Shown: piece after piece, positions 37,471 to 50,890 of the stretch
Layout: each line of letters begins with the position of its first letter
How positions within the stretch are numbered: position 1 is the first letter of the stretch
Assembly: GCA_951406725.2 (NCBI GenBank)
Contig: OX597819.1
Span: 28,954,001-29,018,000 of the forward strand
Length of the DNA: 64,000 nucleotides
Origin: Octopus vulgaris
Lineage: Eukaryota
Direction of reading: 5' to 3'
The notes under the pieces: model-generated
What the model was told of the DNA's origin: nothing
Seen by the model: the letters and a program-made list of their open reading frames with translations, nothing else
Databases searched by the model: none
Translations under genes and position numbers: made by a program

Positions 37471-38087
37471 GGTTTGTGAGCAGCATGGTGATTCAATGTA
37501 GAGATCTAAAACCTTGTTGGGATTTAGAAGGGTATATGTGTATGAATGGATTAGTGTTTGTACAATATTTAAGGATGTACATATGAAGGTAATGGGTCTG
37601 TATGCTGTTACAGTACCTCACACTGAATACTTGTAAATGTTTGTGTGTGTGAGTGGATGTTTGTCTATTTGTTTAAGTGTATTTTTTGTGTATACGAGTC
37701 CCTCTAGTTGCACACATGTTTGGGTATGTGTGGTTAGATGGGTGTTTGTAGTTTCACATGATGTGAGCTTATGTGTGCGTATTTATACACATGTAATTTT
37801 ATGTATATGAGTGCCTCTGTAGCCATACACATGTGTATATTTGTATCTGTGTGTGTCTGTATAGTTGTACATATATCTTTACTCTTTTACTTGTTTCAAT
37901 CATTTGACTGTGGCCATACTGGAGCACCGCCTTTAGTCGAGTAAATCGACCCCAGGACTTATTCTTTGTAAGCCTAGTACTTATTCTATCAGTCCCTTTT
38001 GCTGAAACGCTAAGTTACAGGGATGTAAACACACCACCATCCATTGTCAAGCAATGGTGGGGGGCAAACACAGACACACAAACATAT

Positions 38088-38162
<75 letters not shown>

Positions 38163-38828
38163 ACGGGCTTCTTCCAGTTTCCGTCTGCCAAATCCACTCA
38201 CAAGGCTTTGGTCGGTCCGAGGCTATAGTAGAAGAAACTTGCCCATGGTGCCACACAGTGGGACTGAACCCGGAACCATGTGGTTTGTAAGCAAGCTACT
38301 TACCACACAGCTACTCCTGCGCCTATCTGTGTATATTCAATTAGCCACGTGCCTATAATTTATGTGTGGTTAACTGTGAGTCTGCATCAAGGGGAGAGAG
38401 ACAAACACACATGCACACATACACACACACACACACACACTGTCTTTTTGTGCTTACGTATGTGTGTATAATCTATCTGTGTGTGTAACATTGTGTGTCA
38501 CTGAATAAAATCTATTTCGAAGATTGAACCTAATTTGCTGCTTATTAAATGATTCCTCCCTCACCACCATTCATTCAATGAATATTGATTTCTCACTTGG
38601 GTTCATGACCAGTTTTTGTACACACAGTCGATAGTAATATCTTTTGTACATTACTGGTATTGGTATTCATTTTATCTACCGTATTGTGATGTTAAATCCC
38701 AAAGGATGTCGACTAGCACTAGTTTCAGTGGAGTCCAAGTTAGATTTTGACCAGGCCTAAGTCTGAATACACGTACATACATACATACATACATACATAC
38801 ATAAGTGCATGCATGCTTTCTTTTGCGT

Positions 38829-38913
<85 letters not shown>

Positions 38914-39657
38914 TTCTGATCATTTTCATTAATAGCAATATAATCTTAATCTGAATGGTGCAGAATGTAGTTTACTGAAATTGGTTCACACTTAAGGGTT
39001 TTGATCAGAAATTACATGGCTTCTCTTGAAGTATATAGCTCCTGACATGTTCAATCAGTGGTCTTGTGTGTGTGTGTGTGTATGTAACTGTTAAAGATTG
39101 AGAGAGAAAGAGAGGTGGGGTTATGATATGCCATCTATGAGGAACTTGATCTGATGTAGTAAAAAAATAAATAAATAAATAAATAAATAGATAAATTGAA
39201 TAAATAATGAAGAGCTCTAGAAAGAAATTCTCCACAGAATTAAAGCAAGATAAACAAAACAGATGGAAGTTGATTTGTGAAAAACTAGGTGATTAACTAT
39301 TTCAGAGTCCTTAGAGAGAGCACCACGTTAAAACTTTATTGGTAATTGCATAACATGAATCAGTCTTTAAAATTATAAACTATATTTTTGACCTTGTTGA
39401 AATATGAATGATTTGATTGCTGTGAAAGGTCAGAAATAGGTTTGTTGAGAGAAAGGAAGAAGAGGAAAGGATGAGAGAAATATAGTAATTTACAGAACAA
39501 TATTCCCTATGTGCCCTTCCTTCTTCTCCCATACTTCACTCATGCAATAATTTCATCTCTTCACGTACAGGAAATGTAGCTTAACGTTTGGATAATAGCA
39601 GTTTTAAAGTTATTAAATTAATTATCTAGTTTAATTTCCAGTATGAAATAATAATAA

Positions 39658-39690
<33 letters not shown>

Positions 39691-40159
39691 AATAATAGTA
39701 GTAGTAATAATAATAATAATAATAATAATAATGATAATAGTAATAGTAATAATAATAATAATCATAATAATAAATTCACTGATGCAGTACCAGGCAATGG
39801 GTCTCATGGCTTCTGATCTTAACTGATTGGAAATGTTATCATGTGCAGGTTTGTCTTGGTGTAAAAGATGGGTTACAGTAAATATTCTGCTCAATACCAC
39901 AGATTTGCTTGTCAGTTTTTGACCTTAACCAGTTGAGCATGTTCCTTTGTGATTGACAATATGTGCATCGTTGATCATGAGCCGAAGTAGCAGGGGAGCA
40001 TCATAGCCATGTGTTGAGTGAAATTCTTTTGTGTTAGAATAATTAACCTCTGAAAACATGGGTGTTTCATTCATCATCCTTAAACAACCCTTATTCAGAG
40101 GTACAACATACTGTTCAGCATCTTGTCTGGGGTGTTCATGATTCTGCTAGCTTGCTACC

Positions 40160-40231
<72 letters not shown>

Positions 40232-40459
40232 TGTCGCGCACATATGGTTGTGATGCATGTGCCTAGTGTACCTTTATCAGATGGGTATACTGGGCTTCAT
40301 ATATTTTACCCCAATGTCACTTTGATGGCATGCACTGCTCTCTTACTCAATAATAATAATAATAATAATAATAATGATATATTTCTTAATTTGCCACGAG
40401 GCCATCTATTGAAGTGGACATTATAAGGACAGTTTACATAAAAAAGTTAAGAAGAAAAG

Positions 40460-41180
40460 AGCAGGGGAGGGAAAAAGATGAGCTAAAAAGTATACACAGT
40501 ATACAAAATATGTGACAACGTCCTCATGCAGAAGAACCTCCAACTATGACCAATTAAAGAACCCCACACAGTCAGTCTCACCTTGACCACAAAGAGCCTG
40601 AGCCTTCACCCAATTGTTGTTCTTCAATTTATATGTACATACTTCCATTCATCTTAATCATTTTTGTTAGTCACCCACCATTTAACAAATTTGCTGAGGA
40701 GAAAGTGCCTCACTTTTTTTGCTGAGGAGAAAGTGCTCTTACTTTCTGTTCCAAGTGGAACTCAGAAACGTTAATGATGGTTTGACCAAAGAGGAAAGAG
40801 TCTGTCTTCAATCTTTTCACCCTTGTCTTGCACACTTCTTTTATAATACAGAGTAATACTTCCTACATTGCTTTGTTAAAGGTAGCTGATGGCTGACCCT
40901 CATGGTCTCATGATGGACTTAGCCCACAGCCAAATTTGTTTTACATATGACAACAGATGGGAACTGCATGAATACATGCAGTGTAGTTTCATTAACTTGG
41001 TGTGCATCTTGGATAGTCCTACTTAGCTGCATTTATGCACCTGTAGAGTTTATCTTGAAGTGATTGTGCCCCGTCAGGAGCACTGCTAAGGATTTTTGGA
41101 AGTTATTCACAGTAGTCCCCAACACTGAAAATCCTTTGGACTAAAGCAGCCAGTTTGTCTAAGGACATTCAGGTCAGGGA
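40460..41180 (-). mobile_element. Tx1/L1-clade LINE C-terminal remnant
   Basis: Reads YPRCTPS*ETTLHVFMQFP. Homologous to 20190-21078. Confidence 0.55.
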
Positions 41181-41185
41181 CTATT

Positions 41186-43825
41186 CATCATCATCATCAT
41201 CGTTTAACGTCTGCTTTCCATGCTGGCATGGGTTGGACGGTTTCACTGAGGACTGGCGAGCCAGATGGCTGCACCAGGCTCCAATCTGATCTGGCAGAGT
41301 TTCTGCAGCTGGATGCTCTTCCTAACGCCAACCACTCCTAGAATGTAGTGGGTGCTTTTACGTGCCACCAGCATGAAGGCCAGTCAGGTGGTACTGGCAA
41401 CAGTCACGCTCAAATAGTGTTTTTTACATGCTACCTGTACAGGAGCCAGTCCAGTGGCTCTGGCAATGACCTCCCTCAAATGTTGTCTTTCACATGCCAC
41501 CAAGTGCCAGTTAGGCAATGCTGGTAACAATCATGCTCGAATGGTGCTTTTTACATGCCACCAGCATGGGAGCCAGTCAGTGTCTCTGGCAATGATCATA
41601 CTCAGATGGTGCTCTTAGCGCTCCACTAGCACAGATGCTAGTCAAGCAGTGCTGTCATCGAATTTTATTTCGATTTCACTGGCCTCAACAGGTCTTCACA
41701 AGCAGAGTTTAGTGTCCAATGAAGGAAAGGCACACATAAGTGAACTGGTTACACCACTGGCATAGTTCATGGGTTATGGTCTCACTTGGCTTGCTGGGTC
41801 TTCTCAAGCACAGCATATTTCCAAAGGTCTCAGTCACTAGTCACTGCCTTGGTGAGGCCTAATTTTCAAAGGTCGTGCTTCACCACTTCATCCCAGGTCT
41901 TCCTGGGTCTACCTCTTCCACAGGTTCTCTTAACCGTTAGGGTGTGATACTTTTTCACACAGCTATCCGCATCCATTCTTGCCACATGACCATACCAGCG
42001 CAGTCGTCTCTCTTGCACACCACATCTGATGCTTCTTAGGTCCAACTTTTCTCTCAAGGCACTTACACTCTGTTGAGTATGCACACTGACATTACACATC
42101 TAGTTTTTCTCTCTGGAATGTGGCAGAAGTTGTTCTCTGTGCATTTTCAGTGTTTATTGCTCCTGAGCATCTGCCACATACAAAAACTATCTTCCCAGTT
42201 AGCCTTCCTTTGATATTACTGCATCTCTTATGTGTCAATAGCTTACCCTGGGAACATCTTATAGAGTTTCTACCTATGCCTTTTCTACAGATCGAGCAGA
42301 GCCATCTACCTGAAGGGATTTGTGATTTGTCTACTTTCCTGTTTATTAGGACTTTGGTTTTAGCTAGGTTGACTCTAAGGCCCTTCGATTCTAATCCTTG
42401 CTTCCACACCTGAAACTTCTTCTCTAGTTCTGATAGTGACTCAGCAATTAGAGCAAGGTCATCAGCAGAGAGGAGCTCCCAGGGGCATCCTGTCTGAAAT
42501 TCCTCTGTTATTGCCTGAAGGACTATGATAAATTGGAGGGGGCTGAGGATTGAACCTTGGTGGACCCCTACCTCTACCCGCAATTCTTCACTCTACTTGT
42601 TGCCAACCCTCACCTTACTGACAGCATCCCTGTACATGGCTAGCACAGCTCTCACTAACCATTCATCTATTCCTAGTTTCCTCTTTGAACACCAGATAAG
42701 GGATCGGGGGACCCTGTCAAATCTTTCTCCATGTCAACGAAAGCCAGGTACAGCTTTGTATTTCTCCTGCAGCTGTCTTACCAGAAAAATAGCTTCAGTG
42801 GTACTTTTCCCTGGCATGAACCCAAACTGCATCTCATCTAAACTGACTCTCTCCCTAATTAGTTGGGCCATGACCCTCTCCTCTTCATTACCTGATCTAA
42901 TGACTTGGTACCTCTGTAATCATTTGTATCTAATGCATCACCTTTACCTTTGTAGCAGTTGATTATTATGCTGCTATGCCAATCATTGGGTATGACTCCT
43001 TTATGTATCACCCGGTTACTATATGGGTGACTAGGCTATGGCCGACACTGCCAGATATTTTGAGCATCTCTGCAGTGATTCCTGATAAGACGGGGGTTTT
43101 TCCCTGTCTTCATCATCATCATCATCATCATCATTTAGCGTCCGTTTTCCATGCTAGCATGGGTTGGACGGTTCAACTGGGGTCTGGGGAGCCCGAAGGC
43201 TGCACCAGGCCAGTCAGATCTGGCAGTGTTTCTACAGCTGGATGCCCTTCCTAACGCCAACCACTCCGAGAGTGTAGTGGGTGATTTTATGTGCCACCGA
43301 CACAGGTGCCAGACGAGGCTCACAAGGGTCACACACTTGCCTCAACAGGTATACTCTTAATTTGGCAGACTCTCTTTCTCCTATTCACTCTCTTTATTGA
43401 GTAACCTTTCATAGTGGCGTCTCCAAACCTCTCTCTTCGCAGACTCGTTTAGTGCAAGGGAACCATCATCCATGCGGACACATTTCTCTCCTACAACATC
43501 CCGATTCTCTCTCACACACTGTCTTGCAACACGAATACCTCAAGTCTTTGGTCCTCATGGCACAGAACATTGGTCAATTTTTTTTTATCTGCTCCCCTCT
43601 GGCTAAATAAACCTGTCTCCTAGCTTCCCTTCTGGCAGTCTGATACAATTCCCTGCTACCACTGTTCTTCAACCTTCCAAGCCTGTTTCTTTTTTCTAAT
43701 AGCCCTGTCAACAACATTGTTCCACCACCACATTACCTTGGGTCAAGAGGGGACTTTGCACCATCCACAGGTTTGGTCAATGGCCCTCAGCAGGTTGACC
43801 CCTAGAAACTTCCAGTTGTCTTCCA
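41186..43825 (-). mobile_element. RTE-clade LINE (5'-truncated, with internal deletions), interrupted by a short copy of its own 3' end at 43110-43325
   Basis: VGVHQGSILSP..WELLSADDLAL..GLRVNLAKTK, a Cys-rich insert (CSICRKG..HKRCS..CGRC), RRLRWYGHVARM..GRPRKTW. The 3'UTR has internal tandem repeats and an (ATG)n tail. Confidence 0.92.
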
Positions 43826-44069
43826 ACCTCCATGGATAATAAGAATTATAATTCTTTCTACTAAAGGAACAAGGCCTGAAATTTGTGGGGAGGGGACTAG
43901 TCAATTATATTGACTCCAGTGAAACACTGGTACTTAATTTATCACCCAAATCCCCCAAAGAATGAAAGCAAAGTCAACCTAGGTGGAATTTGAACTCAGA
44001 ATGTAAAGATGGTTGAAATGCTGCTAATTATTTTGCCTGGCATGCTAATGATTCTGCCAGCTTTCCACC

Positions 44070-44123
<54 letters not shown>

Positions 44124-44446
44124 GGCTCCAAATTTTGGGACAAGGCCAGCAATTTTGGAGGAAGGGAATAGTTGATTACATCAACCCCAGTGTCCAACTG
44201 GTACTATTCTTTGGACCCTAAAATGATGAAAGGCAAAGTCAGCCTCACCAGAATTTGAACTCAGAACATAAAGACTGATAAAACCCTGCTTAGCAGTTTG
44301 CCCAGTGTGCTAATATTTTTGCCACCTTGACAATGATAGTGATAGTAATTACAATAACAACAATGAATGTTTCTGACAATAAGCATATCTGTAACAACAA
44401 CAAATGCATTTTAGAATGAGCTTTGTATAAGTTTTTTATTTACTTA

Positions 44447-44799
44447 CTAGCACTATGACCCAGCAACACCGGTTCATAGTTCTAGTGCATGCATATACAG
44501 CTGCGTGCGTGCACACATACACACGAGTACTGTCCAAATCTCCGACCAATCACATACAGCTAGCTGGCATTCAATTGATGTATCAAGTTTCGGGCATTTT
44601 GATTGGGTTTTGGATAGAAAATTCATAAAAAAGTCACTTCTATTGATTTTTTTAATGGCTTTGCTGGGTGACTGGGAAAATGCAAAGATGTGCATGGATG
44701 GTTTTGAATGACCATAGAAAGTGCGAGCCTTCTAACTGAAAAATTGTGGATTTGTATAAAGGACACGCACACAGACATTTTGCAGTTTATATATATAGA
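44447..44799 (-). mobile_element. Complete non-autonomous Helitron
   Basis: Minus strand: A|TCTATATATATAAAC ... CTAG|T. The 3' hairpin CTAGCACTATGACC..GGTTCATAGTTCTAG spans 44447-44485. Confidence 0.85.
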
Positions 44800-45469
44800 T
44801 ATTTCAGAGTTTTCTTTTACTCTAGAATATCAGAACACTGATATATTTGAGGACATTGTTTGTGACTTACCGTTTGTTTTATAGTTGATTTATAAATAAT
44901 CAGATTATAGAATAAAAGGTGTCTTTGTCAGCTGGTCTGCTATATAATATTTTAATTATTGACATTACAGCTCTCTGCACTCTGAGTTCTAATCCTGCAT
45001 GGATCAACTTTTATCTTTCACCTTTTCGTGGTACAGTAGAGTATTGGAGTTGATTCTTCTCTCCCTCTTTATCTAAAAGAAATTGGAATGACCAGGTCTG
45101 GGGGTGATGGACAGGCTCAGTCAGGTTTAAAATGTCAAAGACATGCTGTCTTTTATGACAACAGCCCTACAACTCTATCAAGAGTTGAGGATCTAGAGGA
45201 GAAGGAACAGGTACATACTGTCACTAGCATGACATTGTACCTATGACACAGTCATTTAACCATCAAAGATTCAACATAAGATGTTACAGCATTCTTCTGT
45301 AAGCAGTAGGCATGTTATTTGGTGATTCCTAAATTTGCAGCGATGAGCTCTTATTCTTCTTTGCACCTTGATATGGCACCAGGAAACTATTCCTCTTTAT
45401 TCTCCTTAGAATTACCATATGAACATGAAGTATTTAGTAGATCTGTCAGAAATACAGAGGCTTACATGA

Positions 45470-45640
45470 TAGATTGCTAGCCACTACATGTTATTTATTT
45501 TCTCTCCTTGTTTCTTTCTGTGGAAGAGCGTAGGCTCAAAACATTAAAGATTTTTTCACTTTCCAAGCATTATACTAATACATCTGTTTGTTGTCTACAC
45601 CACCTGTCTTTGTCTTTTTTTTTTCTGTGAATTCTCCCCT
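45470..45640 (+). mobile_element. Penelope-like terminal-repeat fragment, decayed hammerhead-like core
   Basis: TCTTT-CTGTGGA-AGAGC-GTAG-GCTC-AAAACATTA-AAGA at about 45513-45550. Confidence 0.45.
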
Positions 45641-46504
45641 TACAATATGTTGCTTAAAAGATGGCTAAGATTATTAAATGGATGGTAAAGATTTTGAAAA
45701 TGCTAAATATGAATTTGTTCAGGTTTCTTGTTCTTTCAAATCTTGAGGCTTCTTGTTCTTTCAAATTTATTAGCCTGAAGAATCGAATCTGAGAAGTTAG
45801 TGCTATTAATGTCAATAGTTTGAGAAATTGAAATAACTGAGTGAGATTAGCAGAGTTAATGTTGCAGAAGATGATGACTGGTGAATTTGAGCAGGAAATT
45901 AGTCACAGAATGGTAAAAAATCTAGAGCAGAAATGTAGAGTAAACTATACTAGGGTCAGGAAACTGAGGTAGTATGTTAATATTAGGAGAGAGAGAGAAG
46001 GGTAATTGGTATTTCTATTAATGAAATGAGTCTCAATGGAGCAGACATAGTGTCAGTAGAGAGGTCACACAGACTTGTGACCATGTGGTACTATTGGAGA
46101 TTGTTAGACCAAATATTTTCAGGTAATATGCTTTTGAATTGCTTATGATTTATAAATAAAGAAGGATGTAGTGTTATATTTTTGTTCTTAAGTGGTTGGT
46201 GGTCAGTATTGTAGAGGAAGGTTCTCAATCTGAGCTATTTCATTTCATATGTGTTGCTAATATCTTTGTCCACTAGACTTGTCCACTCTATTTTCTGAGA
46301 ATTTAAGCGCTTGTGCTTAAATTGAAAATCGTTATTAAATTTTGTGAAAGCTGCAAAATGAAAGTCATTTATCAACTTTGGGATTACGATTCGGTTACCA
46401 TTCTCATTTGATAAGATTTCCTTGCACTTAAGTTGATACCTTTTGAAATGAATGTCATAACCTCTAAAGTTAATTTTCTTACCTATATTAGAAGTAATTA
46501 ACAC

Positions 46505-46560
<56 letters not shown>

Positions 46561-47133
46561 CATTGATTATGAAGATAAAGTCATGAACCAGTGACCACAG
46601 AGTCAAGAGTTCAATCTTTACTACAGCAGTTATTTTGATCTATATCACTTCATCTCTCTTTCTCTGTGTCTCTCATTTTTCTTTGCTGAATATATTTCCT
46701 ACTTTATTCAAACTCTGCCCAGATACCCAAAATGTGTGTGTTTGTGTTTTTTAATTTATTTCCATCAATGTTACTTCATCTCCTCTTTGCATTTCTGAGG
46801 AACACTTTATAAAGCTGAAATTTACTCTTCACAACGAACAACCACAAGAGGTGTGTCTTCTACAGCTGTGTGTTAACTCTGATACTGCAGAGCTATGATC
46901 AAAAGCTTTCCAGCCAAGACTGTCCCATCTTGGTCAGGCTTTGTGAAATCCACATAACATTATCCAATGTGTCCATTTTTCATGGTAGAGTGTAATATCT
47001 TTTCTTGGTGGGATGGGGGTGGGATTGATTTTATTGCTATTTCTAATAGGTTAAAAGCAACTATATAGTGAGCCTCCTCAGTGGTAAAATATTTCTCAAA
47101 ACCATTGATAATATCTCATCTTTCCTGCCTATA

Positions 47134-48002
47134 TGTGATCTGATCAATAAGTATCAGGACTGTTGCCATAGTAATGAAGCTAAAGCATGCAGAATGAAGC
47201 CACTTTGGACAGATTGACCTTGAACTCTGCAGTGCATGTGAACTAAGTTTTAACGTTCTAGCTCACTTCTGCTGTATACAACAGTGTGTGGAAGGAAAGT
47301 GTGTAGCGTGTGATTGTTGCACTGACCATGACAAAGAAAGTTGAGCAGAGAATCTGCATCAAATTTTGTTGAAAGCTTGGTGATACTTGCTCAGATGCCT
47401 ACGCAAAGTTTTCAGAAAGTTTCCATCATTATTGAACACAATTAAGGAGATCTTGTACAACTGAAACCCGAGTGTCATTTTGGTCAGTTGAAAGCAGTTT
47501 TGGCACAAGCTTGGCAGACATGCATCTCATACCCAAATTTTTAATGATTATGGACTGAACTGTAACTAGTCTGCACATCCTCTAATAATTCATGGATGGT
47601 GATTCAATGTTTTCCCCTCACAGCTGCATGCACATTTGCAATGCTTTTCTCGGTTCTGCTGGTTGCAGGTCTCCCAGAACATTCATCAATATCAACATTT
47701 TTCAGCCATCTTGGAAATGTGTGTGACTCATACACTCCTCTCCATACACTTTCTACAACTTTGCGTAGGCCTCTGAGCAAGTATTGCCATGACAACTTTC
47801 TCTGTCATGGTCAATGCGACGATCACATGCTACACACCTTCCTTCCAAGCACTGCTGTAATCAGTGGCAGTGAGGTAGAATGTTAAAACTTAATGCACAT
47901 GCACAGCAGAATTCAAGGTCAATCTTTGCCATGTGGATTTACTCTGTGTGCTTTAGCTTCGTTACTATGGAAACAGTTCGGATACTTATTGATCAGACCT
48001 TG
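47134..48002. mobile_element. Fold-back mariner derivative made of two inverted 5' ends
   Basis: TA-flanked TIRs (..TCTGATCAATAAGTATC). The left arm encodes MTKKVEQRICIKFC(+). The right arm encodes the same start plus DECSGRPATSRTEKSIANV..GMRCMSAKLVPKLL(-). Confidence 0.88.
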
Positions 48003-48867
48003 TATAATCACCATTCTTAGAGACTTCATTACACAATGATGATATCTTGGCTATCACCTTCCTCCTACAAAGATCAAGTGTTTATCACCAACTCATGTTC
48101 CTGACTTCCCAAGCAACCTTAACTTCTTTCCAATCTTCAAAGCAAGCCTTTATTCATCTGCTACAATCTCTGACCCCATCAGATACAATGATCAAATTGC
48201 CAAAGCCACTGGAATATTAAGCAGAATGCATCACAGTATTCTGACTTTATATTTCAAGTTCAAATCCTGCCAAAGTCAACTTTGCCTTTCATTCTTTTAG
48301 GGTCAATAAAATGTACTAATCGAAAACAGTGGATTAATGGAACTCTAAGAACGTTGGACCTTGTGGTATTTGTCCAGGCTCTTGGCGTTCAGAGTTCAAA
48401 TCCTGCGATGGCTTATCTAAGCAGTACAAGTGGAGAGCAGAAAAGTCCCTGGCTTTGGGTAAAAGAAAATACAGCAGAATCAGTTAATCATGTTTTTATT
48501 CAACATATCCCCCTCTCAGATTCACAATTGCAGTGGTTCTTCAGTTTTTCTAAGCTCTGTAAAAGAACTTGGAAGGCTGGGCTTCGAACCAGGCCTTTCG
48601 CAATACCCTTAAAGCCAGTAACTTTTCAGCACTCCCTCATAGACTTAATCCATTACCCAGTTTAACACCACTACTTGTTACCTTGGGTGCTCTGAGTGGG
48701 GAATCAATGCCTATAATCCTTTACATGGTCTCCAATAAACCAGAAACCTGGTTGGAATGCTTCTGATAGTGGATTCTACAACAAGTACCCAAACTGGCAG
48801 GGAGTAGTTAAATTGGGTGACAGATTAAATCTACTACCCAGGATACACACACACACACACACACATA

Positions 48868-49873
48868 CAGGGTGGGGAAGCAAAATTTACAATGAACGTT
48901 AAGTTGTTTTTTCTCAGGTGGCACTGAGTCAATTGTTTTGAAACCTAGCATATATTGATGTCGTAATCATACCTAACACTATTATCCTAACCTTTTCAGA
49001 AACTTTTGCCCAAATGAGTAATCAGGAAAGCAAAAGTCAAAGAGGGCGTGATTTGCTGAATGCACTCGTCACACCAAAGGAGATTTCAAGAATGGTTGGA
49101 GTGTCCATAAAGACCGTTTATAATGTAAAGAATAGAATGACTATGAGCAAAATTATTACGAGGAAGTCTGAAAGTAGAGGAATCAACAAAAAACGTACCA
49201 AAGCTTTTATTAAAGCTCTCAAATCCCAAATCCTAAAGGATCCAACCAAATCCATGAGAAAAATCGCAATTGAACTTGAGGTAGACAACATGACCATTAG
49301 AAATGCAGTAAAATATGATTTGAGGTTAAAATCTTACACAAGAAGACCAAAACACTTGTTGATAACAGCTATGAAGGAAAAGAGATTGGAAAGGTGCAAG
49401 AAAATTATTACATGGTTCAAGAAAAAGTCCTCCATTGTAATGATCTTTTCATCTGAAAAGATCTTCACTGTCGATGCTGTTCTGAACTGCAGAAATGACA
49501 GATTTATCGCAAAATCAACAGCTGAGGTTAAGAGGACATTCAAAACAAAAGATCCTGCTCAAGTTATGGCTTTTGGTGTTGTGGCTTCCGACAGAAAGAA
49601 AATGCCTATAAAATTCTACAAAGCTGATGAAAAGATCAATGTTAATACTTACTACAAGACTCTGAGATACTAAGTATTGCCATGGCTTAAAGCAAACTAC
49701 CCAGATGATAATTATGTATGGACACAGGATGGTGCTCCAGCTCACACAGCTAGAAAAATACAAGATTTCTGCAAATCCAACTTTAGCAATTTTTTGGAAT
49801 CATGTTTATGGCCCCCTTCTAGCCCAGATCTAAACCCTCTGGATAATGCTATTTGGCTATTTGGGGCGTTTTA
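48868..49873 (+). mobile_element. maT (DD37D) Tc1/mariner transposon, pseudogenised and 3'-truncated
   Basis: TA|CAGGGTG start. HTH N-terminus from 49014, FSSEKIF, QDGAPAH...WPPSSPDLNPLD with 37 residues between the last two Asp. In-frame TAA at 49671 and an 8-bp tandem duplication GCTATTTG near 49848. Ends in (TA)n. Confidence 0.92.
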
Positions 49874-50199
49874 GATATATGTATATGTATATATATATAT
49901 ATGTATGTATATGTATATATATATATATGTATGTATATGTATATATATATATACACACACACATATACATATGTAAGTATAGATACATATGCACATACAC
50001 ACAAGCCAGTAAACATTAGTCTTTTAAAAGAACCAGTATTATTATAGAAATATTATCAAAGTTAATTTCTCTTTCACATACACACACACACACACGTAAA
50101 ACAAGAATAGAGGTTGAGAGTTAAAGACTCACTGTAAGCTCTCCACCGGCTGTGTGGCTATCAAGAAAAACTTGTTCAATCTAGGATAGAACCTCACTA

Positions 50200-50890
50200 T
50201 CATTCTGAAAATGCTCCATTTGAATTAAATTTAGCAACCAATATAGCTGTAGAACTTTTCAAAGCTTTGGACAAACATTTCCCTGCATCTAGCTCATACT
50301 AGGAAACATTTAACAGACACTCTGGGAATCTGGCCTACTCCACAATGTTCAATATTGCTCAAAACGTAGCTTTTCAACAATACAAAAATTAAACAAGCAA
50401 TTCTCTGATTATATAAAACTTAGAATTAATAATCTAATAATGAGGACAACAACATACATCTCAGTATGACAGCAAACAGCAATCTTAATATTCACCAGAG
50501 TAAATGAACTTTGTAATTGTAGAAATAGATCCTTGTGTCCACTTCATGGATACTCTCTTAGTAAGAATTTTAAATGTTCTGAACATGCACTTAGGAATGT
50601 CTATGTACATATTGGGGCTACCTCAAATAATAAAAAACAGATATTAGAGTTACACTTGCTGCTTTAAGGATGGGAGTAAAGCTAATTTTATATCTTTACT
50701 CAATTTTCTATGGATGCTTGCTGATAAAGAAATTGAGTATGAATTGGTCTATCATATGCAAAGCACAACTGTATAAAGTTAGCAACGATATATCCAATTT
50801 GTGTATAACTGAAATGTAAAATGAAACAATTAAGATTAAATCAAATCTCAGTAGCCAATGAGATGATGAAATAATATGATGTCTACACAT
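50200..50890 (+). mobile_element. Penelope-like element remnant (RT C-terminus, CCHH linker, GIY-YIG region)
   Basis: NAPFELNLATNIAVELFKALDKHFP (50210), FNRH...YSTMFNIAQ, CNCRNRSLCPLHG (50512), HIGATSN and NLCITE. Confidence 0.75.

Noticed and set aside
41340-41660. CRISPR-like spaced repeats (CATGCCACC..CAGTCAG..CTGGCAA)
   Set aside because: These are degenerate ~60-bp tandem repeats in the RTE 3'UTR, with no unique spacers and no cas genes.
49014-49874. Active or domesticated transposase gene
   Set aside because: In-frame stop, first catalytic Asp lost (FSSEK), frameshifting duplication and missing 3' end.
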